Shown here: positions 1 through 12,577 of the stretch, piece after piece
Numbering within the stretch: position 1 is the first letter of the stretch
Layout of the letters: each line of letters starts with the position of its first letter
NCBI GenBank assembly: GCA_046563655.1
Contig: CM102286.1
Location: forward strand, 3,968,001 to 4,032,000
DNA length: 64,000 nucleotides
Reading direction: 5' to 3'
Source of the DNA: Yuukianura sp. NJ FZ-2021
Lineage: Eukaryota
The notes under the pieces: model-generated
What the model was told of the DNA's origin: nothing
Seen by the model: the letters and a program-made list of their open reading frames with translations, nothing else
Databases searched by the model: none
Made by a program: the position numbers and the translations under genes

Positions 1-18
1 TTGTGTTTTTTTTTAAAG

Positions 19-789
19 AAATACAATGTGGAAGTGCCGAGATACGCGATTGCCAAAGGTCAATGTGGAAATGGAATTGATTCAAGAATGCTAATAACTT
101 GGGGCAACAGTTTTCGTTTGAATTGGCACTTCCAGAAGGTAAATTTTCAAAAGTTAAATATAACTCCAACAATAAAATAGTGCATTAATATTTTCCATTT
201 TACAAGTCACGCGTCAGTGACGCCTGGTATGTTGACCAAATCATCTTCAGCTATAACACTGCAGAGAAGCTGTTCAATGAAGCTGAAGGTCTGAAAGCAA
301 TACAAACTATTGGTCGACTAGTCTCCAAAAACTGTGAATTTTTATGAAATTTTTAGGCGCTGGGGAAGTTCATGAAATTCGTTCTCCAGACTCATTTACA
401 CTCTGGCTTACACCGACTGGACGGGCGTATAGTTGCAGCATAACGCAGGAAATCAAACTTCTGGACATGAAGAAACATCGACGAGTAACCATCGTGCTCA
501 AACAAATCAAAATCCAACCTTTTGGAACAATCACGCGTCATCAATATGGAGAAGGTAGAGCATTCTTCCACATAAACTCCTAAATTTTTGGAAAAAGTGT
601 AAAGAAATATTGATTTGAAGATTTTATTCCATAGCATTCGTGTGTCCAGAAGAAGCTGGAAGAAGGAATGAAACGGTGCCAATTGCGGTGGGAAGTACTT
701 TAGCAATTGTTGTTCTTCTCACGATCGGAATTTATGCTGGATATCGCTATTTCAAAGTCAAGAAAATTGAATACGATACAATGGAATAG
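19..789 (+). CDS. Lysosome-associated membrane glycoprotein 5-like (LAMP family), 3' exons; 5' part lies outside the window
   Basis: Spliced exons (~19-138, ~207-288, ~358-553, ~635-789) give ...TPTGRAYSCS...IQPFG...FVCPEE...TVPIAVGSTLAIVVLLTIGIYAGYRYFKVKKIEYDTME*. This is a LAMP lumenal domain end, one TM helix and a short tail with a YxxPhi (YDTM) sorting motif. Confidence 0.75.
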
Positions 790-2284
790 TGGCACTTTTA
801 GATTTTGAATGAAGCATTTATGCTCGTGCTTAAATTTAGAATGCGTGTGGATTTCAAAATTAGCTTTACACTTATAGCAACTAGCAAGTTAGCTTAACAA
901 TTTCAAATTATTTCAAAACTTCGTTATTACTCCAATTCCAAGTCTTCCAAATTTTTCAAAGTAACTTTAACTTGATAGTCAGTACAAAACGTGTTAAGCA
1001 TATCTTTAGTGTGATTTACAAAATACATCATGTAAATAAACTGTCTTTGACGTTTGTGTGAATCATGGTTGTTTTTTCCACGTTTTTTTTTTCAGATTTC
1101 GAAATTTTCCAGATTACTAACAATTTGTCATCGCTCGGAGAAGAGCAACAACAAAAACTTAAATTACGTAAGACACAATTAAAACTCAAATCACCACATT
1201 GTTCAGGTTTTATTGAATAAAATTACAAACTGGAACACGGCGGTTGACTGCAGGCGTTTTTATGTTCTTTAAAAAAATCAAAACCAAAATCCGAAAATGA
1301 AGCAGTTGACCTCGAATTTTAAAATTTTCCTTTCTATTTGCCCTATGAAATCACTCCATTTGACACTTTTGTACTTCCACACTTTTACACAGCACATGGC
1401 AACACGAACAGGTTTTTGAAAAAAAAATTTTTTAGGCGTACTAAACTAGTCGGTGAGTTTCTTTTGAAATATAAACGCCGCTTAGTCGTTTATTTTCGAT
1501 TTCTTTAAATGAAAAAAAAAATCTTTTCAACGAAAATTAAGTAAAGTTGTCCAGATTTTAAGTTTTTTTAAACAACAAAAGTCGTAAAATGACTACGTCT
1601 TTTTTAAGTCCGGTTCACCTAAGCTACGTCTTTTGTCAAAAAAAATTACTCGTGGCTAAAAAAAAACTGAAAGCGACATCATTTGCTTTTGCCAACATTT
1701 TCGAAATTTCAATTTGTTAGCTATGCAAAACTTGTTAGTCAAGATTTTATCGATCTCTCTCATTAAGTTGCAATTAAAACTGCAATTTTTGTTGATTCTC
1801 TTTCACTAATTAAAGTTTGACCCACTGTAGGTCAGGGTTAAGATGATTTACCTCAACCTATTGTTCATGTTTCAACGGTTTACCGCTACTAATAGCTTTT
1901 AGCGGTTCGGACGACATCCGTTGAGCGATAACCATCATGATTTGCGGTTTATGTCTAAAGGTAGCTTAAGTTTCCACTGCAAATGCGCTTGTGGTGAGGT
2001 GGGATTTGTTTTAATCACTTGTTTTAGTCGATCATCCCTCAAATCTTCCGTTAAGAGATACAAAGATTTCCTCCCACGAGTGTTAATTACTGCACAAGAT
2101 CAGAGATTAAGCCAAAGTAGTTCGTATTGAATTTCCCTCAGTTGAGCTCAATTAAAAATGCAGGATTCAATTGTTCCAATTAAAACCATTGGTATATAAT
2201 CGGCGCCTCAAACCTTGAGAAGACGTTAGTGCAATTACTACTTCACTGGAAGGAACACTAAAAGTCCAATCGCTAGAACCCATA

Positions 2285-2785
2285 ATGGCATACAAGATTG
2301 TTGCAATTGTCGTCGTTAGCTGTTTCGTCAGCTTCCAAGTAGCGCAAGCAGCCATTGACAAAGTCCAGCAGTTCAAGGCATACGACGCTGACGGAGATGG
2401 AAAATGGAGTCGGAAGGAGGCTGACTACGTTCTGTACATGAAGAACAACGCGGGAATTTTGGAAGGAAAGGGCTTTGACGGATTGGACAAGAACAATGAC
2501 GGCGGAGTTGACGAGGATGAGTACAACCAATCAAAATTGAAGACATTCCTTCAACAACAGGGAGCTCCTAGCAGATTTACGGATGTCGATACAGATGATG
2601 ACGAGTATGTCATGGTCATGGAGTACATCAAGGCTGTATCCAACGCTTCCAAGAAGAAGATGGACACGATCTTTGCCCAGTCCGATACTGACCACGATCG
2701 AGCCATTTCTCAAAGTGAATTTAGTGGTAGCGCTGCGCTGGTTGATTCCGTCTGTCTCTTTCCATGTGACGCGGGTGATGTATAA
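2285..2785 (+). CDS. Secreted EF-hand calcium-binding protein (intronless, 166 aa)
   Basis: Hydrophobic signal peptide (ending AQA-A) and four EF-hand-like loops: DADGDGKWSRKE, DKNNDGGVDEDE, DTDDDEYVMVME, DTDHDRAISQSE. A TATA-like TATATAA lies upstream at ~2193. Confidence 0.8.
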   Translation: MAYKIVAIVVVSCFVSFQVAQAAIDKVQQFKAYDADGDGKWSRKEADYVLYMKNNAGILEGKGFDGLDKNNDGGVDEDEYNQSKLKTFLQQQGAPSRFTDVDTDDDEYVMVMEYIKAVSNASKKKMDTIFAQSDTDHDRAISQSEFSGSAALVDSVCLFPCDAGDV

Positions 2786-3787
2786 ATCAAATTCAATTGA
2801 AACCTTGTTAAAATAAATCAAATTGTTTTTCCAAAATTAATGGAATGGTAATAAAAAAAAAGTTTCTTTTTAAATTCAATTTTGTTTTGAAAAACTGAGG
2901 TAGTAAAATCACTTATTTCGGTAAGCGGGATTCTCTCATCAGTCATCATAACATTCCGGTTTCGTATTTTGTTCAAACAGGAATTCAAAAACTCTCAGAC
3001 AATTGCGAATGACTGATTGCATAATCGTCGCGGTTGCGGTGCAAAATTTCGACCTTTGACTTAAACCTCTATTGCGGCACAGTAATTTTCGATACGTCAT
3101 CATTACTTGTTTTTGTACATAAAAAGTTCATTATGTAATTTAGGGGTAACCTAAACCTACACGATATCAGACCGTTCATTTCAAGTCTATTGAATCCTGT
3201 TGCAAAAATAATATAAAGTTAGATTTCAAACATTTTAAAAATTACGATTTTTAAATTACTGAAGAAAAAAATAACCAGATTTGATTAAACTTATGGTAGA
3301 TTTCATTTAATCGTGTTAAAGTCGAGTCAATTATAATTTCATCATAATTTCTGCAATTTTGGGAACTTTTAAGGAAGAGTAGTACTAAGAATGGAGTGAG
3401 ATCATCGATTACGTTTTCTCTCCTGAGAGATCACTAGGAAGATAAAGCTTATACCAACATTTAGTTTGGTACACTAAATAATTTTTGAATTACGTACTGG
3501 ACAACATTATGTTGTCTACATACCAGACGCTAATAGTAAATAGTAGCAGGAAGAAGATTCTCTAATATGAGCATTAGCCAGCACCTTGGTTATAAGTTTG
3601 GGAAAAAGCAAGGGATGGATTTAAATCGCAAAGGCCAGTGAAGTGGATTACACTTCTGTTCATCCTAGTTAGTTGATTGACTCAGTCAATAATAACAATC
3701 CATCGGCACTATGGGTTAAATGGATCAAAAACGCATGGCCTGAGTTAGAGTTTGAAGATGTCAAATTGACATTGTCAATCCTCACGT

Positions 3788-5969
3788 TTATGAGGAATGA
3801 ACGCAAGAAAAGTGTTGTGGAATATGCCGTGGTTGTGGCGGAACAATGAAGTCATCTACGAATTTGTTTGCCAGCTTCAGTGCTTTAGTGAATCTGTTCA
3901 CTTTACTCACTTTCGCTTGGTATAAGTTCCCACGTAGTGATCCCTTCCCTTCCAGTATTTTGCAAACTTCCTCTCCGAGACACGTAATCAACTCAACGCT
4001 AATAATATTCTCACCGCCGCGCAGAAGTAGGTGGCCCACACTTTGTTCCGTTTTCAAGATCACGAGGATTATGTTATCCTTCTACAAAACCAAAAAGAGA
4101 AATATTTAAACATGCATTCATTTCAAAGTATTTCTGAAGTTTCTAACCGTGTCGCCCAACTCCCTTAGCAGAGCCATCCCAAAGTCCAAGTCGACATCTT
4201 CCCTGGAAAATTCAAATCCCGGTGAATAATTTTTTTTAGGAAACTTCAATTTATTTTTAAGTAGAAGAATTTGCGGGGTTAAAAATCGTTTTTGCATTAT
4301 CTTACCTGTGATAAAAGAACAGAACGCCATTTTTGGACATTCCATTCGTATCCAGAGAATGAAAGCGGTTTGCCTCCAAAGATGCAAGGTCTTTACTGAG
4401 CGTTTGACAACTCTGGGAACATTTTAGCAAAACATTTTATCAAAATATTTCACGGAAGTAGTGTAAGTCGACAGTTCACGTTACCTTCTTGCTTTGCTTT
4501 AGGGCGTTGGAGAGCTTCTCGGCACTAGCAACTAAATCAGCACTGGAGGTCCTGCAATCATTATTTTTTAATTTTTACACCGAGTTTTTAAAGTTCTGAA
4601 CTATTTTAACTTACTGCAATACTTTCAGTAGCTTCTGCTCACGAAGAAATGAATCTGAAATTCTGCGAAGAACACGGTCGCCGCAGATAAAATGAAGCAA
4701 AGCCTTCCCTTTCCGTTTCTCGAAAAACAGAAGTTTGATCATCTTTTGTAACAAACGATTTTGTATAAAAAATAGTTCTTGAATGAAAGTTGGACTTCAC
4801 AAGGATTTGTATGGTTTTAAGAATATTGTAAAGTACCTGGAGCTGAGACAGAGATCCAACGTGCGTACCGCAACAGACGTTAGCATCGATCCCGTCGATC
4901 GAAATGATGCGAATGTCGTTCTGGACGTCGTCAGGCAATCCTCGACTGCGGACCTGCATATAAGCCTCTGATGATGTTGATGTTATTTCAAGTTATGACG
5001 TAATCTTACCATTTTCCAAGACGGCGAATCCAAATTAACCACTTCAACAGTGACAACGTTATTTTTACGAATTTTTTCGTTAACCTTTTCTTCCAAAGCA
5101 TGTATTTGCTCTTGTTGGAACTCTTGAGTATCTGCAAATAATCAGTGTACTTAGACCTTTTATAAAAACAGTTCGCATTTTAAGCAACATTACCTAATTC
5201 AATGTAAGAATCCTCTGACCCAAGCCACCAAGACGTTGTAGAAAATCCATAAAGGCCATCAGCCATGGCAGTAATTAAATGTTGAGCTATTCAGAAATCA
5301 TTTAAATTTATCACAGTGACCGCCAACAACGGGTATCCAGATCTGATTTCTTACCAGAGTGTTGTTGCATATGATCGAATCGACGTTTCCAGTCTACATG
5401 AACTATTGCCGTTTCCCCAGGTTTGAGAGGCAGCGTAGCGGCATTCGATTTTTTATATCTCAGGAAATGTATTGCATTTTTTCCTCTCCGAATCACTCGT
5501 ACAACGGGAACGCCGTTAATCGTACCACGGTCATCTGGCTGTAATTTAAGCATTAATTCTATGTAAACATGATTTTATCCGAATTTGGGTTTACTAAAAT
5601 ACTAAAAACCATGTATCCGGCTTGACATTAAAAATTTACCTGACCACCTCCTTCTGGGAAAAGGACGGTGTCTTCCAGTATAACTTCGACGAGTCCCTCT
5701 TCATCGTTTCGAGGGAAATCGAGAATGCCATGTTTCTTGGCAGCGATGATTGCTTCGTCCTCTTCAAGCCATTTTACTTTGCAGATAACGGTTTCCAACT
5801 AAATTAAAAAAAAACATGAATCTCCAACTCGCAGCGCTTGATCGATATAAGGACAAGGTTTCTTATAAGACGTCTAAGAAGCCGTTTCATTCACCTAAGA
5901 ATTAATTAAATAGGTGCAACCGAATAAACTTACTTGCTGCAGAAACGAATCTCGCTGACATTTGAACAT
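3788..5969 (-). CDS. AARSD1: Alanyl-tRNA editing protein Aarsd1 (AlaX), multi-exon
   Basis: Starts MFKCQRDSFLQQ. Contains LEDTVLFPEGGGQPDDRGTING, VDWKRRFDHMQQHS (HxxxH), and IDANVCCGTHV (CxxxH) zinc editing motifs. GT-AG introns separate the ORF pieces. Confidence 0.93.
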
Positions 5970-7061
5970 AATGGATGACCCAATACAGGAACTTTTGCGT
6001 ACTTCGTTAAAATCAAGTCAATAGTGAAGGGCAAAGTTGCATAGAGTGAAAAAGGTGGCTGTGGCACGACAAGCCCTTGTCCTTGACCTGATTTCCTTCT
6101 TCCTGTACTATCGTATTACGATTACGATTCGTATCGTATCTCCGTGTTCCCCGAATCCAGTAAGGAATAAGGAAACCCGTATCTTATACACGAAGTATAT
6201 ACCCGATTTGCTCCCGTGTCGTGCCCGTCCCGTGTTCCGTGTATTGTTTATTGCAAAAATCAAACATAGTAGACAGGAAGGCGGCTCCTGTGCCATTTGC
6301 AGAGGCGTGCATCAGCAGCGCGGTTTAAAACAAATCGGAACAAAGGAACGGTAAACGGATACCCCGCCCAACTAACGCTTTATTCGTGCTTACGAAATAA
6401 AACCCCACAAATATGTAGTTAGTAATTTACAATTTTGGAAATAATTCTTTGTAAAAAATTAAAGTTACGACTGTTACGCTTAGTGTAGGACTTCTACCTG
6501 CAGATATAGTTTGAAAAACTCGTAGCAGAAAGTTTTGTTAGTGATAAATCTAGTGTCATATTTTGAATCTTGATATCTAATTAAACTTTAAACCTGTAAA
6601 TATGACAGCAAGATAAATATACGACTACGACACAAGATGTTTCGTGTAAATGAAATGTAAGGTTCAAAAGCCTCAACGCATGCCATACAGTCACCAATAG
6701 CCATCCATTCTTGAACCGAAATTTTAAATTTCAATGACAATAACGAAGGGGTTAAAGTTGCGGTGATACCGACCGGACGCGTAGTACCGAGTTTTGGCTT
6801 TGCGCATTTGTGTTCATACAGATTCAAAGTTGAGGGAGGGAATTCAATTGTTTTTAAGGAGCTCATAAAATTTTTTCAGCTGACTGCTGAGTTGCCTCTC
6901 TCTCTCGGTTGCCGAGATATTCAAGTTAAATTAGTTAATCGCTTTAATTCATTGATAGTAGCCAATATTCTTGCTCCTTGCCTTACAATTAGTCGTATTG
7001 AATTTTGTAGTTCGAGCCAGGAAAGTGGTAGTACCAGAGCGGAACAGAAACTTGACGCAAG

Positions 7062-7901
7062 ATGGCTGGAAAGCGGAAACCCGGAACCGAACTTAACCAT
7101 GACAATTGGGATCAAGAAGAGCCGCCTGAAGAGGCAGGAGAATTTCAGAGGGCAGCAAATGACACCTTGCAAGAACGAAAAATTCTTCGTCCCAGACGAC
7201 GACTGGTAAATTTTGAACACAAAACAAGCCAAGTTGGAACTAACCTAGGATTACGTTGATCAAATTTTCATCATGAAAATATTCTGGCTTATCCTGTTCT
7301 TATTAGGCGAAACCTGCTGGTACGACCTCAGCTACACCGTTCTCAGGATTTAGCTTAACTCCGAGCAATTCTACTTCTGCGGCGACCACGACGCCGTCAT
7401 CGACATCCCTCTTCGCTAACTTCAAGTTCTCTGTACCATCAAACACCTCCGCAGCCAGCACTGTACCACTTGCAGAATCAAATCCTCCAACAGAAGGTAA
7501 ACCGCTAATTGGGTTTCAATTTTTAACGTCTCTTCTGTGACATTTGTATTGAAGCTCATGTGCGTTGTTTGTTCACATTTCTTGTTGCAGAACCTGAAAC
7601 CGAACAAGTCAACTCTGAACTTTGTTCCGCTACTCATAAAGACAATGCTGACCTAACCAACTCCGAGGAACACTCATTGAATGAAGCGGTTACGAAGAAT
7701 GGAAAAGAGGTAAAGACGCATCTTAGCGCGACAAACGAAGAGTCTACGGCACTGGAACCAGACCAGGATTCAAATGGCCACGTTGAAGTTAACGTGGCCA
7801 ATACAAGTCCATCTGGTGCCGACACACCCACGGGTCAAAACGGTGCAGGGGATCAACTTCCCGCAAAAACATCAGAGGAAACGGCACCTCCTGAAAATTA
7901 G
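7062..7901 (+). CDS. Nup50-like protein with N-terminal importin-alpha-binding domain and S/T/F-rich linker but no C-terminal Ran-binding domain; 3 exons
   Basis: Exon 1 MAGKRKPGTELNHDNWDQEEPPEEAGEFQRAANDTLQERKILRPRRRL matches the NUP50 N-terminal domain. Exon 2 (~7307-7496) has PFSGFSL and LFANFKF. Exon 3 (~7591-7901) is acidic/low-complexity and ends at TAG 7899-7901. Confidence 0.75.
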
Positions 7902-8106
7902 CGTCAAACTGTACATGAACTGAAGGAGGATACGAATGAAAACGGTGCCGGCACCACGTCGGTTTAGAAATCTATTTGATTGATTTGATTATCCATCTCA
8001 CCTACTTTACATTTACATCACACATAACATAACCTTGGAAAATTCTAAAATTCAATAACAATTTTTTATTTTGTTAAAGGTCTTCATTGTTCATGGAATG
8101 ACTAAT

Positions 8107-9045
8107 TTAGTATCGAATTTGGGGGAAGTCTCGTTTAGCCTTTCTTAGACTCTGTTCATCTTCATCTTCCCATCCTAAGGCGTTTATTGCTGTCTCTTTC
8201 AAATCGGTGCCTGCAGCTCCACTGAAGAAATGAACAAACTGTCCTACATCCATTGACCCTTGATATCTCTTGCCCGATTTCGGCCAGTGGCTGGCAAGCA
8301 ACTTGAAGAATTTGCCAAGAAGAGCTGTACGTCCATGCTCTTCGTAGATTGGCAACCACCAATCACGGAGCCAGTAACTATAACAGCAGAAGGTGAACAA
8401 ACTAAAACTTCAAAACATAAACACAATTTCAGAACTACTTATGACTTACACGATATTTTTGGCTGTAGCAGAATCCACTGGCTCGTTGATCTTGGAGCGT
8501 TTCCACTCTTCCGCATCAGACTCCAGCCCCGAATGCAGGAAAATGTCGTAGATGGCAATTTGTGTCCAGCCTTTGTTACCCCAAACGCTAGAAGCAGGAG
8601 ACCCCTCCATTCCGTTGTTGCCTGCTTCGATAATACTGGAGATGGAGTTGACTTGGAAGTCAAACAACATGTCCTGGTTCGGTCGTTTCTTGTCTGGACG
8701 GTCGTACATGTTGCCAGCTCTGACGCTGCCAGGACTAATGTCCATGTAGATGCTGACATCTTTTGCACTTACGCTTGTGGCCATACCGCCTTCTCCTGCC
8801 GTTGCCTGGAAGGTACCCTCCAGACGACCACCATTACGACCTCCAAATGGACCGAAGTGCTGTCTTGCGTGCTTCCACGACTTTGAATACAGTGAGAAAA
8901 TCCAGTTTGTTCTGCTTCTGTCTATCATTGTATTGAAGCGGATGACGGCATTGTCATCCTTGTACACCTCTCGGACTTCGCGTTGCGCAAAGCAACAGGC
9001 TTCGAATACCGCAACAACAAAAACCAAAATTCGTAACGCAGTCAT
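8107..9045 (-). CDS. Secreted protein of a bacterial/fungal zincin-like family; HExxH apparently lost; 2 exons
   Basis: Signal peptide. ORFs 8446-9045 and 8107-8400 are joined by a short intron. Motifs GSPASSVWGNKGWTQIAIYDI, YWLRDWWLPIYEEHG and GQFVHFFSGAAGTDLK recall a secreted microbial family (from memory, not searched). Confidence 0.7.
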
Positions 9046-9521
9046 TTTCGCTAATTGGTACGTAAAGTTTGTCAGAAATATTCTCCTTTTATATTCAACT
9101 TTTCAATATTTGTTGAATTCGTAGGCAATTATTCTTCGGAAAACATTAATCATTGTAGCTATTTCTGTCGTAGTTGTGTCAATTGTGCTGTTTCATGATG
9201 ATTTACGGAGATCTTTCCTGGAAGCCAAGGTCAATTCATGGCTTGCGCATCTGCAGCATGACGGAAGACCTTGACATTCGGATCCCGCAATGTCATGGAC
9301 GTTTTTCAGGAAGTAACAAGAATTTCGCGGTTGCGCGTAAGCAATTTATCATTTGCTGGAATTGTTTAGAATTTGTGGCTAAAAATGACAAGTTCTAAAT
9401 AATTTTGCAAACAATTATTCAAAAGAATTAAATTTCGTATAAAATTGACAGTCTTTTTCAAATTTTAGTTGTAACAGCTTATTTGAAAACCTTGACTAGT
9501 CACCCACTAGTCCAATTCAAT

Positions 9522-10356
9522 ATGAAGCTATTCCTAGTCTTCGCGTTCGTTTTGTTTTTAGCGGGCGTTAGAGGTAGCAAACTCATTTTGAATGTGGAGG
9601 TTTTTGTTCAAATTTTACCTCTTTTTTTTATATAGCCCAGTCCAGAACGCCAAAATTCGAAATTGACGTGGGAAGGCACAAGTACTTGACAGATTTCGGC
9701 GAGAAAGTAAGGAAAGCCTGTACTGATTGGTACCTTCGGGTGGCACGCTACCTTTCAACGCCAGGTTACCGAGATCCGGCATCCATTTTAATTCGATTTG
9801 ATCCAAATTATGATGGAGTAGCTTACGCTGAATGGGATAAAAACAGGATCACAGGATCAACAAAATACTACCGTGTAAGTAATACAACGAACGAATGTTG
9901 CGCATGCGTGGAACGTAAAATGACGCTTTGTTTTTTCCAAACAGAACAATCAAAATGATGTTGGCTCCATGATCCACGAGATGGCTCATATCATTCAGAA
10001 GTACCCTGGCGGGTGTCCTGGATGGTTTGTGGAGGGCTTAGCTGACTTTGTTCGATACTTCCAGTATGAACCGAATAGGGCTCCCGGTAAACCCGGCAGA
10101 GACCGTAGCTATCGTGATGGTGCGTCATTTTTTTCATAACGCTAATTCTACATGGTTAATGACGTAATGTTGACTTTCAGGATACGGAACTACTGCTTAC
10201 TTTTTGAACTACTTGAGCAGCAAGGTCAACAAAGGCAGGGACGCAGTGTTGGCGGCACATAGGGCGTGTCGCGATGGTCGTTACAGGGACTCTGTCTGGC
10301 AAGAATTAACCGGCAAAAATCTAGATTCTCATTGGAACGATATGCAAAATAGCTAA
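9522..10356 (+). CDS. Basic secretory protein (BSP, PF04450-type) zinc peptidase; 4 exons
   Basis: Signal peptide MKLFLVFAFVLFLAGVR. Spliced product contains YDGVAYA, DVGSMIHEMAHIIQ (HExxH), PGWFVEGLADFVRY, YRDGYGTTAYFLNYL and WQELTGKNLDSHWND*, all typical BSP motifs. Confidence 0.88.
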
Positions 10357-10473
10357 ATTATGCAAAAGTGAAGTACTGATTTGCCGAAATCTTTTATTTT
10401 GCAATAAAGAACGATTTGTCATGGATTTCAGAAATAAAGAATGCAAAAGTGTATCACTCACAGTCTCAGAGCC

Positions 10474-11025
10474 CTAATGCGACTTGGCAGCCTCCAACTC
10501 CAAATCGTTTCTCAATTTTGTAAGTAATTCGCCAAGCAGATTCTTGCCTTGCCATGTCTTCCTTGACAAAGCACGCGGGTCAGTCGAGCGTAAGCCAATT
10601 CCATAAATTTTGTCACCTGGACTCGCTTCAACCAATGTCGTTCCTTGCGTTGCGTTTAGTTTCTCCAGTAGCTCAGGATTCTGCGTAAACTTCAGTTTGT
10701 TCCCTTCATAAACGATTTTTTGATTGTTTTGCTTCCAAACGTCGAGATCAAAATTCTTAACTTCTCGTCCCAACTTCTTCACATATGAAGGATTATAATC
10801 CGCGTTCCGGATTCGTTCGGCAACGGCGTAGTCTTTGAATAGTATGGCTTTATTTAGCATCATCCATTGTTCGGCGCAATTAAAGACATATTCGGTTTTG
10901 TCTTCGGAAAACAACGGAACTCCTTTGAACGTGCATGGATAAAACTGAGAAAACGGAGATTTCGCCGTATAAAAAAATGTAAAACGTTCTGGGACGGAAG
11001 TCTTAGTGCTAGATGAGGAATCCAT
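10474..11025 (-). CDS. NADAR/YbiA-family N-glycosidase (183 aa, intronless CDS)
   Basis: Motifs FSQFY, FNCAEQWMMLNKAILFKD, KKLGREVKNFD, KFTQN, LVEASPGDKIYGIG, WQGKNLLGELLTKLR. Confidence 0.92.
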   Translation of the reverse strand: MDSSSSTKTSVPERFTFFYTAKSPFSQFYPCTFKGVPLFSEDKTEYVFNCAEQWMMLNKAILFKDYAVAERIRNADYNPSYVKKLGREVKNFDLDVWKQNNQKIVYEGNKLKFTQNPELLEKLNATQGTTLVEASPGDKIYGIGLRSTDPRALSRKTWQGKNLLGELLTKLRNDLELEAAKSH

Positions 11026-11386
11026 ACTTAGGTTCTTTGCTTTCCTACCGCTATTATTTGTAATACTCCTGGCGATCCTGTGACATCAGTTGTTTTTTAA
11101 TTGAAGTCGTATTGGTATTTCGGGGAAAAAAATACTACGTAGTTTAATTTCTCACCTGTTCACCTGTAATTTATCCGCAATAACTCACCTTAAACAACAG
11201 TGTCAATGTCATTTGCGTAATTGGAAAGACGACTGTGACCATAACTTCGTTTGAACGTTGACTTTTGTTTCGATTTTATCTGTTCTCTCTCATTACGAAT
11301 GTAAAACGTTTTATTCGCATTGATGAAATCATGCTTCGTTTCGTCACACCCACACAACACACCGGAGAAAAATTAGAGGAGTGGTA

Positions 11387-11601
11387 AGGTTTAACGATAG
11401 CCGTTGTAGCCGCATAGTGTTTCGGCCACCTTGCATGGATTGCATATTACAATAGATGGTGACAGATGAGTGGGAACATCTGTCGCTTTTACCAAACCAA
11501 GCGTAACGTAAAACGCCAACTTAAGCAGCCGGATGGCGCAGCGACCCCATTGTAGCCGCAAGTGGCTACACCGTATGGCTACACTAATGTTCAGTAAACC
11601 T
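11387..11601. mobile_element. MITE-like element (~215 bp), TA-flanked
   Basis: ta|AGGTTTAACG ... CAGTAAACCT|ta with internal TGTAGCC/GGCTACA inverted motifs. It shares termini and motifs with the element at 42555-42776. Confidence 0.5.
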
Positions 11602-12577
11602 TATTTCAACCAAAGAATCTTCGAAATGTCAAATTTTAAACAAAAAAAGACTGCCGCGCAAAACTTTCACCAGACGCTCTGGTAATCTTCTTGCAACCTC
11701 GGTTTTGAAACTTTCTTCTAACAGTTTTTGTAAAAAATTTCCGTCCCATGCTTTCTTGGTCCGCTTAATTACTCTTCGTCGTTGTCTTGTTTGTTTTATA
11801 TGGACCATCAATTTGTCCAATTCGCTAGTAAAATAAGTACCAATTGTTAAGCAAATCAGTCGAAAAAGAAAAACAAAAGTTACCCAGAATTAGGAGGAAC
11901 TGTGACTCTGTCTTCCCAAAAATTAAACCATTGTTGTCGTTACCCAACAAATTATTGTTTTTGTACGACTAACTTGTGCATGTGTATACATTTCTAGTTT
12001 GTTTTAGTTTAGCTAGAATCGGAATAATTTTGAACAATTATTCAACTGCATCTTGTATTTTTGTGTTCAGATCGAGCATCGACGGAGATAATTTTGTACC
12101 TAAACATCATCATAAATTGAAGTAAACATAAAACAGTCCAACTTCATATAAAGTGTGTGAATAAAACGCTAAAATCATAATCAAATCAAATCCATGTACA
12201 ATTCTTTAAATTGCGTTCGTTTGAACATAGTGAGTTAGTTTGAGTTCAAACTTTGAACAGAGTTTAGAGGGTGTCATATCCTGTGACATGACTTTGGAAG
12301 AGATCTCATGTCCTCTGATTGAATTAGATGACTTAATGAGGAAGTATTTTGCCTAATTAGGAAGAGAGCAAGTGGTTCATCCTGGTCCAGCGAGTCTCAA
12401 TGAGGAAGCTGTGAATTAAGGCTGATCTGAGGCCGTGACATGGGAGATTCAGTGGATCTCAGCATCCCTGGTCCATATGCGCATGGCCTGAGTGAGTCGA
12501 GGGATGGTTGGAGAAAGTTCCCGAGAAAAGGAGGTGCTGGACCATTTTGAAGTTGGAGCCTGAGCAGCGGACTTGCA

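Noticed and set aside
6096..6400. CG-rich, low-complexity stretch (CGTATTACGATTACGATTCGTATCG...) with a short imperfect inverted repeat
   Set aside because: It may be a MITE relic in the AARSD1/Nup50-like divergent promoter, but no clear TSD or second copy is visible.
8260..8886. 208-aa plus-strand ORF
   Set aside because: Antisense shadow of the minus-strand secreted protein gene.
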